From an uncultured Eubacteriales bacterium (GTDB taxonomy: Bacteria > Acidobacteriota > Aminicenantia > Aminicenantales > UBA8522): DNA of 49,616 bases. The translations under genes and the position numbers were made by a program. The stretch covers positions 1 through 49,616 of the forward strand of contig CAYOZW010000001.1 of assembly GCA_964408495.1 (NCBI GenBank), in the 5' to 3' direction. Below, one piece after another: positions 8,862 through 17,362 of this stretch. A model generated the notes under the pieces. It made no database searches and was not told the origin of the DNA. It was given only the letters and a program-made list of their open reading frames with translations. Each line of letters starts with the position of its first letter. The first letter of the stretch is position 1.

Positions 8862-9866
8862 TTGATAAAGACAAGGTTTATCTTTGTTGTTCTTAGTTTT
8901 GTATTTCTTATCGGTGTTTCAGGGGCGGGCTTCAGCACAAGTGAAAAACGCAGCCAGGAAAAAGCAGGATATAAAGACTACCATCCCTTTAAGTCCGCTG
9001 AAGCCAAAGAGAAATTTCTGAAGGTCTATGATCAAAGGGGAAAAGATTGGCCGGTGCCGTCGACGAACCGGATGATAAAAACAGACTACGGGATGACTTT
9101 TGTGCGGATCAGCGGACCAGAGACCGCTCCTCCGCTCGTCCTTTTGCATGGCGTTGGCGGCAATTCTCTGATCTGGATACCCAACATTAAAGAGCTATCC
9201 GAAAAATATCGAACTTACGCGGTGGACCTGATCGATGGAGGAGGGCGAAGCATCCCCACGAGACCAACTCAAACAGCGGACCATCTTACCGATTGGCTGG
9301 ATCAATTGTTCTCGGGGCTCCAGCTGGAGGACCGGATCAACCTGGCGGGCCTTTCCTATGGGGGCTGGATCACCAGTCAGTATGCTCTGCGTTTCCCGCG
9401 GCGGCTCTCCGGAATTGTCATGCTGGCGCCTGCAGGAACGGTGCTGCCCCTCAGCAACGAATGGATTCAGCGGGCCATGCGAATTATTCAGCCCGGAAAA
9501 GAACACATCCGAGAGTTTTTCTACTGGCTGATGGCGGATCTAGCGAAAAAAGATGAATTCAGCCGGCAGACGCTGGATACTCTTGTGGAAGACGCTTATC
9601 TCTCCATCCAATGTTTTAAGATGAATCCACCGGTCAATCCTGTGGTTCTCACTGACGAACAATGGAGAGCGATAAAAGTGCCGGCTCTTTTTGTGGTCGG
9701 AAGGAATGAAAAGATTTATTCCGCCAGCGAGGCTGTAGAACGCCTCAACCAGGTCGCCCCGCAAATAAAAACCAAGATCATCCCCGATGCGGGGCACGAC
9801 CTCACTTTGGTCCAGGCAACAATGGTCAATCAAATCATCCTGAAATTTTTAAAATCAGACATGTAA
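8862..9866 (+). CDS. secreted alpha/beta-fold hydrolase
   Basis: N-terminal hydrophobic signal. LVLLHGVGGNS oxyanion region. Nucleophile elbow GLSYGG. C-terminal DAGHD (His of the triad). Clearly lower GC than flanking genes. Confidence 0.8.
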   Translation: MIKTRFIFVVLSFVFLIGVSGAGFSTSEKRSQEKAGYKDYHPFKSAEAKEKFLKVYDQRGKDWPVPSTNRMIKTDYGMTFVRISGPETAPPLVLLHGVGGNSLIWIPNIKELSEKYRTYAVDLIDGGGRSIPTRPTQTADHLTDWLDQLFSGLQLEDRINLAGLSYGGWITSQYALRFPRRLSGIVMLAPAGTVLPLSNEWIQRAMRIIQPGKEHIREFFYWLMADLAKKDEFSRQTLDTLVEDAYLSIQCFKMNPPVNPVVLTDEQWRAIKVPALFVVGRNEKIYSASEAVERLNQVAPQIKTKIIPDAGHDLTLVQATMVNQIILKFLKSDM

Positions 9867-9936
9867 AAGGGATAGATATCGGCAATGTCCGGCGAAAACC
9901 TGTTAATTCGGAAAATGATATACTGTCCCCAATTCG

Positions 9937-10908
9937 TTAGCCGCTCAACTTCTTAAGCTCTTCCTTGAGGGGCGGGATGACCTGGAAGAGATCGCCGACG
10001 ACACCGAAATCGGCCACCTTGAAGATCGGGGCATCCGGGTCCTTGTTGACGGCGACGATCACCTTGGAGGAAGACATGCCGGCCAGATGTTGAATCGCGC
10101 CGGAGATGCCGAAGGCCATGTAAAGGTTGGGCGAGACCGTTTTCCCCGTCTGGCCGACTTGGTGCTGGTGCCCGATCCAGCCGGAATCGACGGCCGACCG
10201 GGAAGCGCCCACCGCCGACCGGGGGATGAGTTCCGATATTTCCTTGAGGAGACCGAAATTCTCCGGCCCCTTCATCCCCCGTCCGCCGGAGATGATGATA
10301 TCGGCCTCGGAGACGTCCATCTCTCCGCCGCGCTCCTGGAGGACCTCCGTGACCCGGCCCGTGACCGGAGACACCGGGACTTCTACGGCCTCCTTGATGA
10401 CCTCGCCTGCTCCGGCCGCCTGGGCCAGAGGGAAAACATTGGGACGAAGGGAGACGATCTGGGGCAAGGATGTCAGCCGGAAGGCCAAGAGGGCTTTCCC
10501 GGCAAAAATCGGCCGGGTGAATTCGAGATGTCCGTCCTTGACGGCGACCCGGGTGCATTCGGAGGCGACTCCGACACCCAGCCGGGCCGCCAGCCGAGGC
10601 GACAGATCTTTGCCCATGGAGGTGGCGGAAAAGAAGACTGCCGAAGGCCCGGTCTTTTTGACCAGGTCGGCGAGAGCGGCCGCATAGTCCTGGGTCGAAT
10701 ACTGGTCAAAGGCCGCGTTCTCCAGAAGATACACCTTAGAGGCGCCACAAGCAGCCAACTCCGCCGTCAACCCCTCTTTCCCCGTCCCGACGATTGCCGC
10801 CGCCGCTTCCGTCTTCAACTCAGCCGCAATTCGTCCGGCCTCGGAAAGCGCCTCGAGCGAGGCCTTCTTGATCTTGTTGTCTCGGGTCTCTATGTAGGTG
10901 AGTATCAT
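9937..10908 (-). CDS. etfA: electron transfer flavoprotein alpha subunit
   Basis: C-terminal FAD-binding signature VGASRSAVDSGW..QVGQTGKTVSPNLYMAFGISGAIQHLAGM. Confidence 0.9.
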   Translation of the reverse strand: MILTYIETRDNKIKKASLEALSEAGRIAAELKTEAAAAIVGTGKEGLTAELAACGASKVYLLENAAFDQYSTQDYAAALADLVKKTGPSAVFFSATSMGKDLSPRLAARLGVGVASECTRVAVKDGHLEFTRPIFAGKALLAFRLTSLPQIVSLRPNVFPLAQAAGAGEVIKEAVEVPVSPVTGRVTEVLQERGGEMDVSEADIIISGGRGMKGPENFGLLKEISELIPRSAVGASRSAVDSGWIGHQHQVGQTGKTVSPNLYMAFGISGAIQHLAGMSSSKVIVAVNKDPDAPIFKVADFGVVGDLFQVIPPLKEELKKLSG

Positions 10909-10919
10909 CGTCGGTCTCC

Positions 10920-11702
10920 TCAGATGACCTTGGCTTCGCTGTGGAGGTAGTCGGCGAGCTGCCGGGCGGTCTCTTCCGGCGGACCCGTCACCACCCGTCC
11001 CGCTTGGCGGGACGGCGGCAGGTCCATCCGGACAATGGCCACCTGAGGCGCCAATTCGTCTGGCGTCAAGGCGAGCTCTTCGATCGTCATAACCGGGATC
11101 TCCTTCTTCTTGGCCATCATGATACCCTTGAGCGTTTCATAGCGGGGATCGTTAAGGCCCTTCTGGGCACTGACTACGGCCGGAAGAGTGAGGGAGATTT
11201 CTTCCTGGGCTCCTTCGACCTCGCGGAGGGCCGTCGCCGTCTCCCCTTCGACCTCGAGCTTGACAACGACGTTGGCCTGGCCGATGCCCAGAAATTCAGC
11301 GACCATCGAGGGGACCTGGGAATTGTCGGCCCCGACCGATTGCTTGCCGAAGAGCAGGAGCTTGGCATCGGGGAATTTGGCCTGGACATATCGGGCTATG
11401 ATCCTCGCCGTACGGAGTCCGTCATATGTTTCCGGAAGCGGATCCTTGATGAGGACGGCCTCATCCGCACCCATGGCCAGGCATTTCCTCAGGATGACCA
11501 GCGACTCATCCCGGCCAACGGTCACGGCCACGACCTTCCCGCCCTTGCTCTCCCTGATCCGGAGCGCTTCTTCCAGGGCGTACTCGTCATAGGGGCTGAG
11601 GACAAAGTTCAGCCCTTCTTCAACGATGGAGTTTGTCTCTTGGTTGATCTTGATCTTCGATTCCGTGTCGGGAACCCTTTTGACAAAAACGAGGATGTTC
11701 AA
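10920..11702 (-). CDS. etfB: electron transfer flavoprotein beta subunit
   Basis: MNILVFVKRVPDTESKIKI.., SPYDEYALEEALRI, LLLFGKQSVGADNSQV. TTG start preceded by GGAGGA. Confidence 0.9.
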   Translation of the reverse strand: MNILVFVKRVPDTESKIKINQETNSIVEEGLNFVLSPYDEYALEEALRIRESKGGKVVAVTVGRDESLVILRKCLAMGADEAVLIKDPLPETYDGLRTARIIARYVQAKFPDAKLLLFGKQSVGADNSQVPSMVAEFLGIGQANVVVKLEVEGETATALREVEGAQEEISLTLPAVVSAQKGLNDPRYETLKGIMMAKKKEIPVMTIEELALTPDELAPQVAIVRMDLPPSRQAGRVVTGPPEETARQLADYLHSEAKVI

Positions 11703-11813
11703 TTTTTCCTCCTCTAGGCAAAATAACGGGCCCTCTCATCTTCCCTTGTCTGGAAGGGAGCGGAAAGAGGGCGGCCGCTGGATTTTCGACCCCGGGAAAG
11801 AGGACGAAAATGG

Positions 11814-13094
11814 TCAGGCTTTGTCCTCATACCTTTTCAGAATGAGACAACCGTTGGTCCCGCCAAACCCGAAGGAGTTACTCAGGGCGTAGCGGATCTC
11901 CGCCAGCCGGGCGGCATTGGGCACATAATCCAGGTCGCACTCGGGGTCCGGATGATCGTAGTTGATGGTTGGAGTCATCGTCTGATTGGCCAAACAGAGG
12001 GCGGTGATGCCCGCTTCCACGGCTCCGGTGGCGCCGAGCAGATGGCCGGTCATCGATTTTGTTGAACTGACGCCGATTTTCCGGGCGTGCTCGCCAAAGA
12101 CCTTCTTGATGGCCAGGGTTTCGATCTTGTCATTGAGCGGGGTGCTGGTCCCATGCGCATTGATGAAGTCGACCTCGGTCGGATCGATAGCGGCGTCGGC
12201 CAGAGCCCTCTGCATCACTCCCTTGGCCCCCTCGCCATCCTCGGATGGAGCGGTGACATGATAGGCGTCAGCGTTCATCCCGTAGCCGACGATCTCGGCA
12301 TAGATTTTGGCACCGCGCCGGCGGGCCGCGTCGAGCTCCTCCAGGAGCAGGATTCCGGCGCCTTCGCCCATCACGAACCCATCGCGTTCCGCATCGAACG
12401 GGCGGGAGGCCCGCCGCGGCTCGTCATTCCTCGTCGAAATGGCCCGCAGGGCGCAGAAGCCGGCCACGCCCAGTGGAGTGACCGGCGCCTCTGTCCCTCC
12501 CGCCAGCATGCGGTCGGCGTCACCGCGGACGATCAGCCGGAAGGAGTCGCCGACGGAATGGGTGCTGGTGGCACAGGCCGTGGCCGTAGCCGAGTTCGGT
12601 CCCCGGCTCCTGTATTTGATCGAAACATACCCGGACGCCTCGTTGATGATAATGGATATCAGGAAGAACGGCGAGACCCGGTCCGGACCTCTCTTCAGGA
12701 GCGTGCTGTGGCATTCCTCGATCGTTGCCAGGCCGCCGATCCCGGACCCGATATAGACCCCTGTCCTGTCGCCCTCCAGCAGGGCGGGATCGATTCCTGC
12801 ATCCTCGACAGCCAGCGCCGCCGCCGCCAGGGCAAACTGAATGAACGGGTCCATCCTTCGGGCCTCCCGCTTGTCGATAAAGGCCAGGGGATCGAAGGCT
12901 TTGACCTCACCGGCGATCCGGGTCGTATACCGGGAAGCATCAAACCGGGTGATCGGCCCGATGCCGCTTTCTCCCCGCAACAGGGCCTCCCAGTTCTTCT
13001 GGAGGCCGATCCCCAAGGGAGTGACGAGCCCGACCCCGGTGATGACGACCCGCCGGGCGGAAGAATGCCCGGGCGGAGAGCCTTGGACGTCCAT
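11814..13094 (-). CDS. fabF: beta-ketoacyl-ACP synthase II
   Basis: RRVVITGVGLVTPLG, active-site region ATACATS, HGTSTPLND, SNSFGFGGTN. Confidence 0.92.
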   Translation of the reverse strand: MDVQGSPPGHSSARRVVITGVGLVTPLGIGLQKNWEALLRGESGIGPITRFDASRYTTRIAGEVKAFDPLAFIDKREARRMDPFIQFALAAAALAVEDAGIDPALLEGDRTGVYIGSGIGGLATIEECHSTLLKRGPDRVSPFFLISIIINEASGYVSIKYRSRGPNSATATACATSTHSVGDSFRLIVRGDADRMLAGGTEAPVTPLGVAGFCALRAISTRNDEPRRASRPFDAERDGFVMGEGAGILLLEELDAARRRGAKIYAEIVGYGMNADAYHVTAPSEDGEGAKGVMQRALADAAIDPTEVDFINAHGTSTPLNDKIETLAIKKVFGEHARKIGVSSTKSMTGHLLGATGAVEAGITALCLANQTMTPTINYDHPDPECDLDYVPNAARLAEIRYALSNSFGFGGTNGCLILKRYEDKA

Positions 13095-13104
13095 AAAGGG
13101 GGCT

Positions 13105-13350
13105 TTACTTGGAGACGCGCGTCTGGACGTAATCGAGAGCCTTGCCGACCGTGGTCAGCTTCTCGGCCTCTTCATCGGGGATGTCCAGTCCGAACTCATC
13201 CTCGAGGGCCATAACGAGCTCCACGGTATCCAGTGAATCGGCGCCCAAATCTTCGATGAAGGAAGCGGCATCTGTTACCTGCTCCTCGCTGATGCTCAGC
13301 TTGTCGGCCACGATCGTCCTGACTTTCTTCAGAAGTTCTTCTCTTTCCAT
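13105..13350 (-). CDS. acpP: acyl carrier protein
   Basis: [21 protein letters not shown] phosphopantetheine-attachment motif; 81 aa. Confidence 0.92.
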   Translation of the reverse strand: MEREELLKKVRTIVADKLSISEEQVTDAASFIEDLGADSLDTVELVMALEDEFGLDIPDEEAEKLTTVGKALDYVQTRVSK

Positions 13351-13378
13351 GTTAACCTCCTCAATTTATCTCAAGACG

Positions 13379-14137
13379 TTATGTGTACATCCCGCCGTTG
13401 ACGTGGATGACCTGACCTGTGATGTACGATGCCTGGTCGGACAGAAGGAACTTGACCGCCCGAGCGACCTCCTCCGGAGTGCCCATCCGCTTCATCGGGA
13501 TCATCTCCAGAAAGGCCTTCTTGACGGCCTCGGGGAGTCCCTCCGTCATAGCCGTGGCGATATAGCCCGGAGCGACGGCGTTGACCGTGACCTCCCGGCC
13601 GGCCACTTCCCTGGCTAAGGATTTGGTCAACCCGATGACTCCGGCCTTAGAGGCCGAATAGTTGGTCTGCCCGGCGTTTCCCATGACACCCACGACCGAG
13701 GAGATGTTGACAATCCGGCCGAAGCGGCGGTTGATCATCGGCCGGACGGCCGCCCGGCAGAAATTGAAGACACCCTTCAAGTTTACCGCCATGACGGCAT
13801 CCCACTCCTCCTCGCGCATCCGCATCATCAGATTGTCGCGGGTGATCCCGGCATTATTGACCAGATAATCGATCTGCTGCCTCTCCTTAACGACCGCATC
13901 GACCACCGCCGCGGCCTCGTCGAAGCGCGAGACATCGGCCGCGTTGACGGACGCATGCCCGCCGTCCTGGCTGATTCTCTCGGCTACGGCCGTGAGTTTC
14001 TCCGGCTGAATATCGACCAGCACCACGAAGAGTCCTTCCTTAGCCAGATCGAGGGCGATCGCCTCTCCGATCCCCTGGGAAGCACCGGTGACTAGGGCGA
14101 CTTGACCCCCAAAGGTCAGGTTAGTTTTCGTTTCCAC
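13379..14137 (-). CDS. fabG: 3-oxoacyl-ACP reductase
   Basis: SDR motifs TGASQGIG, NNAG, YSASKAG. GTG start. Sits directly upstream of acpP. Confidence 0.9.
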   Translation of the reverse strand: METKTNLTFGGQVALVTGASQGIGEAIALDLAKEGLFVVLVDIQPEKLTAVAERISQDGGHASVNAADVSRFDEAAAVVDAVVKERQQIDYLVNNAGITRDNLMMRMREEEWDAVMAVNLKGVFNFCRAAVRPMINRRFGRIVNISSVVGVMGNAGQTNYSASKAGVIGLTKSLAREVAGREVTVNAVAPGYIATAMTEGLPEAVKKAFLEMIPMKRMGTPEEVARAVKFLLSDQASYITGQVIHVNGGMYT

Positions 14138-14220
14138 GGATGTCCTCGAGTATACGCCTTCGTCCCTTCGAGGGCCGCAAAGAGCCCCTCGCCGTCACGG
14201 CGATAGTCATCGGCTCCCCC

Positions 14221-14406
14221 TTAATCGGATCCGGCTTCTTCGATCACCTGCCGCCCCCGGTAAAAGCCGCATTCGGGACAGGCCCGATGGGGCAGTTTGG
14301 GAGTGCCGCAGTTTGAGCAGATAGAAAACGTGGGAAGCGTCAGGGCGTCATGGGCCCGGCGCATTCCCTTCCGCGATGGGGAGTGTCTTCGTTTTGGATT
14401 GGGCAT
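14221..14406 (-). CDS. rpmF: 50S ribosomal protein L32
   Basis: MPNPKRRHSPSRKGMRRAHD plus CxxC..CxxC zinc ribbon; 61 aa. Confidence 0.9.
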   Translation of the reverse strand: MPNPKRRHSPSRKGMRRAHDALTLPTFSICSNCGTPKLPHRACPECGFYRGRQVIEEAGSD

Positions 14407-14925
14407 TTAGTTTCTTTCTCTCACGAAAATTTTGAGCTTCCGCAGCCGGGGGTCCTCTTCCTTGACCTGGCAGCCGCAGTCCCCGCTGCGCCGGACCTTG
14501 CCGCAAACCGCGCAAATCCCCTCGCAATCTTCCGCGCAGAGCGGTTTCAACGGGAAGGTCAGGTTCAGTTGTTCGAGGATGATCTCCTGCAGGTCGATCC
14601 TGTTGTCATGGTAAAAAGCCTGACCCAGGTCGTCTTCCTCCAGTTCCTCCTTCATCATGTCCAGCTCCTCCGGGAGGTAGACAAGATCGAAAGCGGCATC
14701 GACGGGGAACTCAAAAGGGCTGAGACAGCGACTGCAGATAAAGCTCAATCGGGCGTTTAGCTGGCCCTTGATCCAGATTTCATCACCGACCTTGGTCACG
14801 ACGCACTCGGCGTGGGCCGGGGAAAGGAAAACGGTGTTCTCCTCGACCAGGTCGATATTGAGAAACTCGAAGTCCCGGGAGACTGCGAGACCTTCTTTGG
14901 GAATCTTATCGATGTTGATAACCAT
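14407..14925 (-). CDS. yceD: YceD/DUF177 family protein
   Basis: Conserved position immediately upstream of rpmF. Acidic protein with the C-terminal Cys cluster CAEDCEGICAVCG typical of DUF177. Confidence 0.8.
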   Translation of the reverse strand: MVINIDKIPKEGLAVSRDFEFLNIDLVEENTVFLSPAHAECVVTKVGDEIWIKGQLNARLSFICSRCLSPFEFPVDAAFDLVYLPEELDMMKEELEEDDLGQAFYHDNRIDLQEIILEQLNLTFPLKPLCAEDCEGICAVCGKVRRSGDCGCQVKEEDPRLRKLKIFVRERN

Positions 14926-14986
14926 GGAATTTCTCGCAAAAATTCATCCTATTATACCATTAGGTCTTCGATTGTCAATTCAACGT

Positions 14987-15015
14987 TTGACAGGGCCCTC
15001 CGGGTCCTGGAAAAT
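14987..15015 (+). promoter_or_regulatory. sigma70-like promoter candidate
   Basis: Perfect TTGACA (14987-14992), 17-nt spacer, GAAAAT (15010-15015). It lies only 3-9 nt from the possible start codons. Confidence 0.35.
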
Positions 15016-15017
15016 AG

Positions 15018-15764
15018 GTGAATATGAGGAAAAGCGCCCTTTCTATCCTTCTCGCGCTCGCCTGCTGGGCTGTTCTCACTCCGTATTCCGGATCCCCGGC
15101 GAGGGGCCGAAGTAAAGCTGAGTGCGTCGTCCTTCTCCACGGCATCGGTCGGTCGCCGCGCTCGCTCGGCCGGCTGGAGTCCGGGCTGTCCGAACGGGGA
15201 TACCGAGTCTTCAACCTGGACTATCCCTCGACCAAGTTCCCGATCGAATACCTGGCCGAGGAAGTGCTTCATCCTCAGGTCGAGCGCCTCCGCAAAGAAT
15301 GCCCTGGAAAGGTCCATTTTGTCACTCATTCAATGGGCGGAATCGTCGTCCGCTATTATCTCCAACACCATGACCTGGCCGACCTGGGACGGGTCGTTAT
15401 GCTCAGCCCGCCGAACGGGGGGAGCGAATTGGCTGACCTGTTAAATAGGAGCATCCTCTTCAAGTGGTTCATGGCCCCGGCCGGCCGGCAGCTGGGCACA
15501 GACGAGGAGGGGCTGCCGCGAAGGCTGGGCGCCGCGAACTTTGAGGTGGGCATCATCGCCGGCAACAAGAGCTACAATCCCATCAATTCATTGATCCTGG
15601 AGGGCCCGGATGACGGGACCGTAACCGTGGAAAGCACCAAGCTGCCGGGTATGAAGGACTGGATCGTCATCGGTTGCAGCCACCGCTCGATCATCCGAAG
15701 TCAGGAGGTGATCAGCCAGGTCATCCATTTCTTGCGGTCGGGATCTTTCCGGCATGGCCGCTGA
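15018..15764 (+). CDS. secreted esterase/lipase-family alpha/beta hydrolase
   Basis: Signal peptide. VVLLHGIGRS. Nucleophile elbow THSMGG. The start may be ATG 15024 rather than GTG 15018. Confidence 0.75.
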   Translation: MNMRKSALSILLALACWAVLTPYSGSPARGRSKAECVVLLHGIGRSPRSLGRLESGLSERGYRVFNLDYPSTKFPIEYLAEEVLHPQVERLRKECPGKVHFVTHSMGGIVVRYYLQHHDLADLGRVVMLSPPNGGSELADLLNRSILFKWFMAPAGRQLGTDEEGLPRRLGAANFEVGIIAGNKSYNPINSLILEGPDDGTVTVESTKLPGMKDWIVIGCSHRSIIRSQEVISQVIHFLRSGSFRHGR

Positions 15765-17037
15765 GGGAACCGAGATGAAAGACCTCGCCCTCCCTCCCTT
15801 CAGGATCACCCGCCGCCGGGCCGTCATCAGCCGCCTTCTTGCCGACTCCCACATCTTCAAAGCGGCTCAAGATTACGCCCGGAACCAGGGGAGGTCGTTG
15901 GAATGGGCCTTTGGAAAAGTCAGGCGCTACGCCGATGAGATCGTCCCTTCGCCCAATATTTATTTTTACTATCGCCTCGGGAACCGGCTCGGCAAATCCG
16001 CCATCCGGATGCTCTACCGCGTCCGTATCGGACACGACGACGCGGCGGGCCATCAGATGATAAAGCCCCACTCCAGCCTCGTTTTCATCATGAACCACCG
16101 CAGCAATATGGACTATCTCCTGCTCGTCTATCTCTCTCTCCGGCGAATGGCCTTGAGCTTCGCTGTCGGGGAATGGGCCCGGGTCTGGCCGCTGAGACCC
16201 CTGATGAAGTCCATGGGCGCTTTCTTCATCAGGAGGGGCTCCCAGAACCCCCTCTATCGCGCCGTCCTGGCGCGCTATGCACAAATGGCCACCGAAAGCG
16301 GCCTCGTCCAGGCCATCTATCCCGAAGGCCGCCTCAGCCGAGACGGAAAACTCGGCGAACCCAAGCTCGGCCTCCTTGACTATCTCCTGCGCGTTTTCGA
16401 TCCAGGCGGGGACAGAGACCTGGTCTTCATCCCGGTTGGCGTCAACTACGACCGGGTGTTCGAGGACCGGACGCTCCTGCTCACCGGAAATCCTCTAGCC
16501 GCCAGGAAAACCGGCCTCGCCGCCGCCCGAACGACCATTTCCTTCGTCGGCCGCAACTTCAGGCTCATGGTCCGGCGCGGCTGGCACCGCTTTGGATACG
16601 CCGTCGTCAACTTCGGCACCCCCCTGTCGATGAGGGAATACGTCAGCCGCCACGGCATCGATTTCAGAAACATGGGAAAAGACGCCCGTATCGAGCAGGT
16701 CAAAATCCTGGCCAGCGAACTCATGACCGGCGTGGCCAGAGTCATCCCGGTCGTCCCGGTCGCCCTGGTTTCAGCCGTCCTAGCGGAATCCCCGAAAGCC
16801 GCCTTGGAAGGGCAGGAAATTGAAGAGCGTTGCTTTCATCTGATCGAGGGGCTGGAAACAGGGGGAGCCCAGGTCTATATTCCCCGCCGTGATCCTCAGT
16901 ACGCCGTCCGCGTCGGCCTCCGGATGCTGGTCCTGCGCCGTTTGGTTATTAGGGCGGGCAGCGTCTATCGAGTCGTTCCGGAAGAGCGCCCGCTTCTCCG
17001 TTTCTACGCCAACTCCATCTCCCACTTGCTGGCTTGA
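15754..17037 (+). CDS. compact PlsB-type glycerol-3-phosphate / lysophospholipid acyltransferase
   Basis: Blocks parallel E. coli PlsB: NHRSNMDYLLL (HX4D), MGAFFIRRG, YPEGRLSRDGKL, FIPVGVNYDRVFE. Overlaps the upstream hydrolase gene by 11 nt. Confidence 0.8.
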   Translation: MAAEGTEMKDLALPPFRITRRRAVISRLLADSHIFKAAQDYARNQGRSLEWAFGKVRRYADEIVPSPNIYFYYRLGNRLGKSAIRMLYRVRIGHDDAAGHQMIKPHSSLVFIMNHRSNMDYLLLVYLSLRRMALSFAVGEWARVWPLRPLMKSMGAFFIRRGSQNPLYRAVLARYAQMATESGLVQAIYPEGRLSRDGKLGEPKLGLLDYLLRVFDPGGDRDLVFIPVGVNYDRVFEDRTLLLTGNPLAARKTGLAAARTTISFVGRNFRLMVRRGWHRFGYAVVNFGTPLSMREYVSRHGIDFRNMGKDARIEQVKILASELMTGVARVIPVVPVALVSAVLAESPKAALEGQEIEERCFHLIEGLETGGAQVYIPRRDPQYAVRVGLRMLVLRRLVIRAGSVYRVVPEERPLLRFYANSISHLLA

Positions 17038-17061
17038 TTAAGGAGTGTTGCCGAGTATAAT
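17034..17061 (+). promoter_or_regulatory. sigma70-like promoter candidate upstream of small ORF/polA
   Basis: TTGATT (17034-17039), 16-nt spacer, perfect TATAAT (17056-17061). Confidence 0.35.
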
Positions 17062-17071
17062 AAGGGGGCAG

Positions 17072-17362
17072 ATGAGCGGATTCAACACCGAAGTCAAACG
17101 CTTGGCGGCGGTCTTCCATGTTCAAACACAGGATCTGGGGCAGAGCGCCCGGTGCGTGGAATCGCTCATCTACAAATCGGGCAAGCTCGTCTCCTCACGG
17201 AAAACCGACTACGCTCCTTATCTGGCCAGCCCTCAGCTTGCTGACAAGATCCACAAGATCATGGAAGAGCAGCAGGCGGCCATTCTCAAGGAGATTTCCG
17301 AAGGAAGGTTCGATCATTATCTGACGCCGGAAGAGAGGCGATCCTTTTCCGACAAGGGCTGA
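17072..17362 (+). CDS. hypothetical small protein, stop overlaps the polA start
   Basis: 96-codon ORF from ATG 17072 (the ORF track starts at GTG 17045). Its TGA (17360-17362) shares one nt with the polA ATG (17362-17364). No recognisable motif. Confidence 0.45.
   Translation: MSGFNTEVKRLAAVFHVQTQDLGQSARCVESLIYKSGKLVSSRKTDYAPYLASPQLADKIHKIMEEQQAAILKEISEGRFDHYLTPEERRSFSDKG

Noticed and set aside
9937-11702. etfBA as a bifurcating ETF or part of a novel redox system with Rnf.
   Set aside because: The EtfB segment LLLFGKQSVGADNSQV resembles the non-bifurcating (AMP-binding) type more than the bifurcating signature. No partner dehydrogenase or fixCX is adjacent. A claim cannot be supported from sequence alone.
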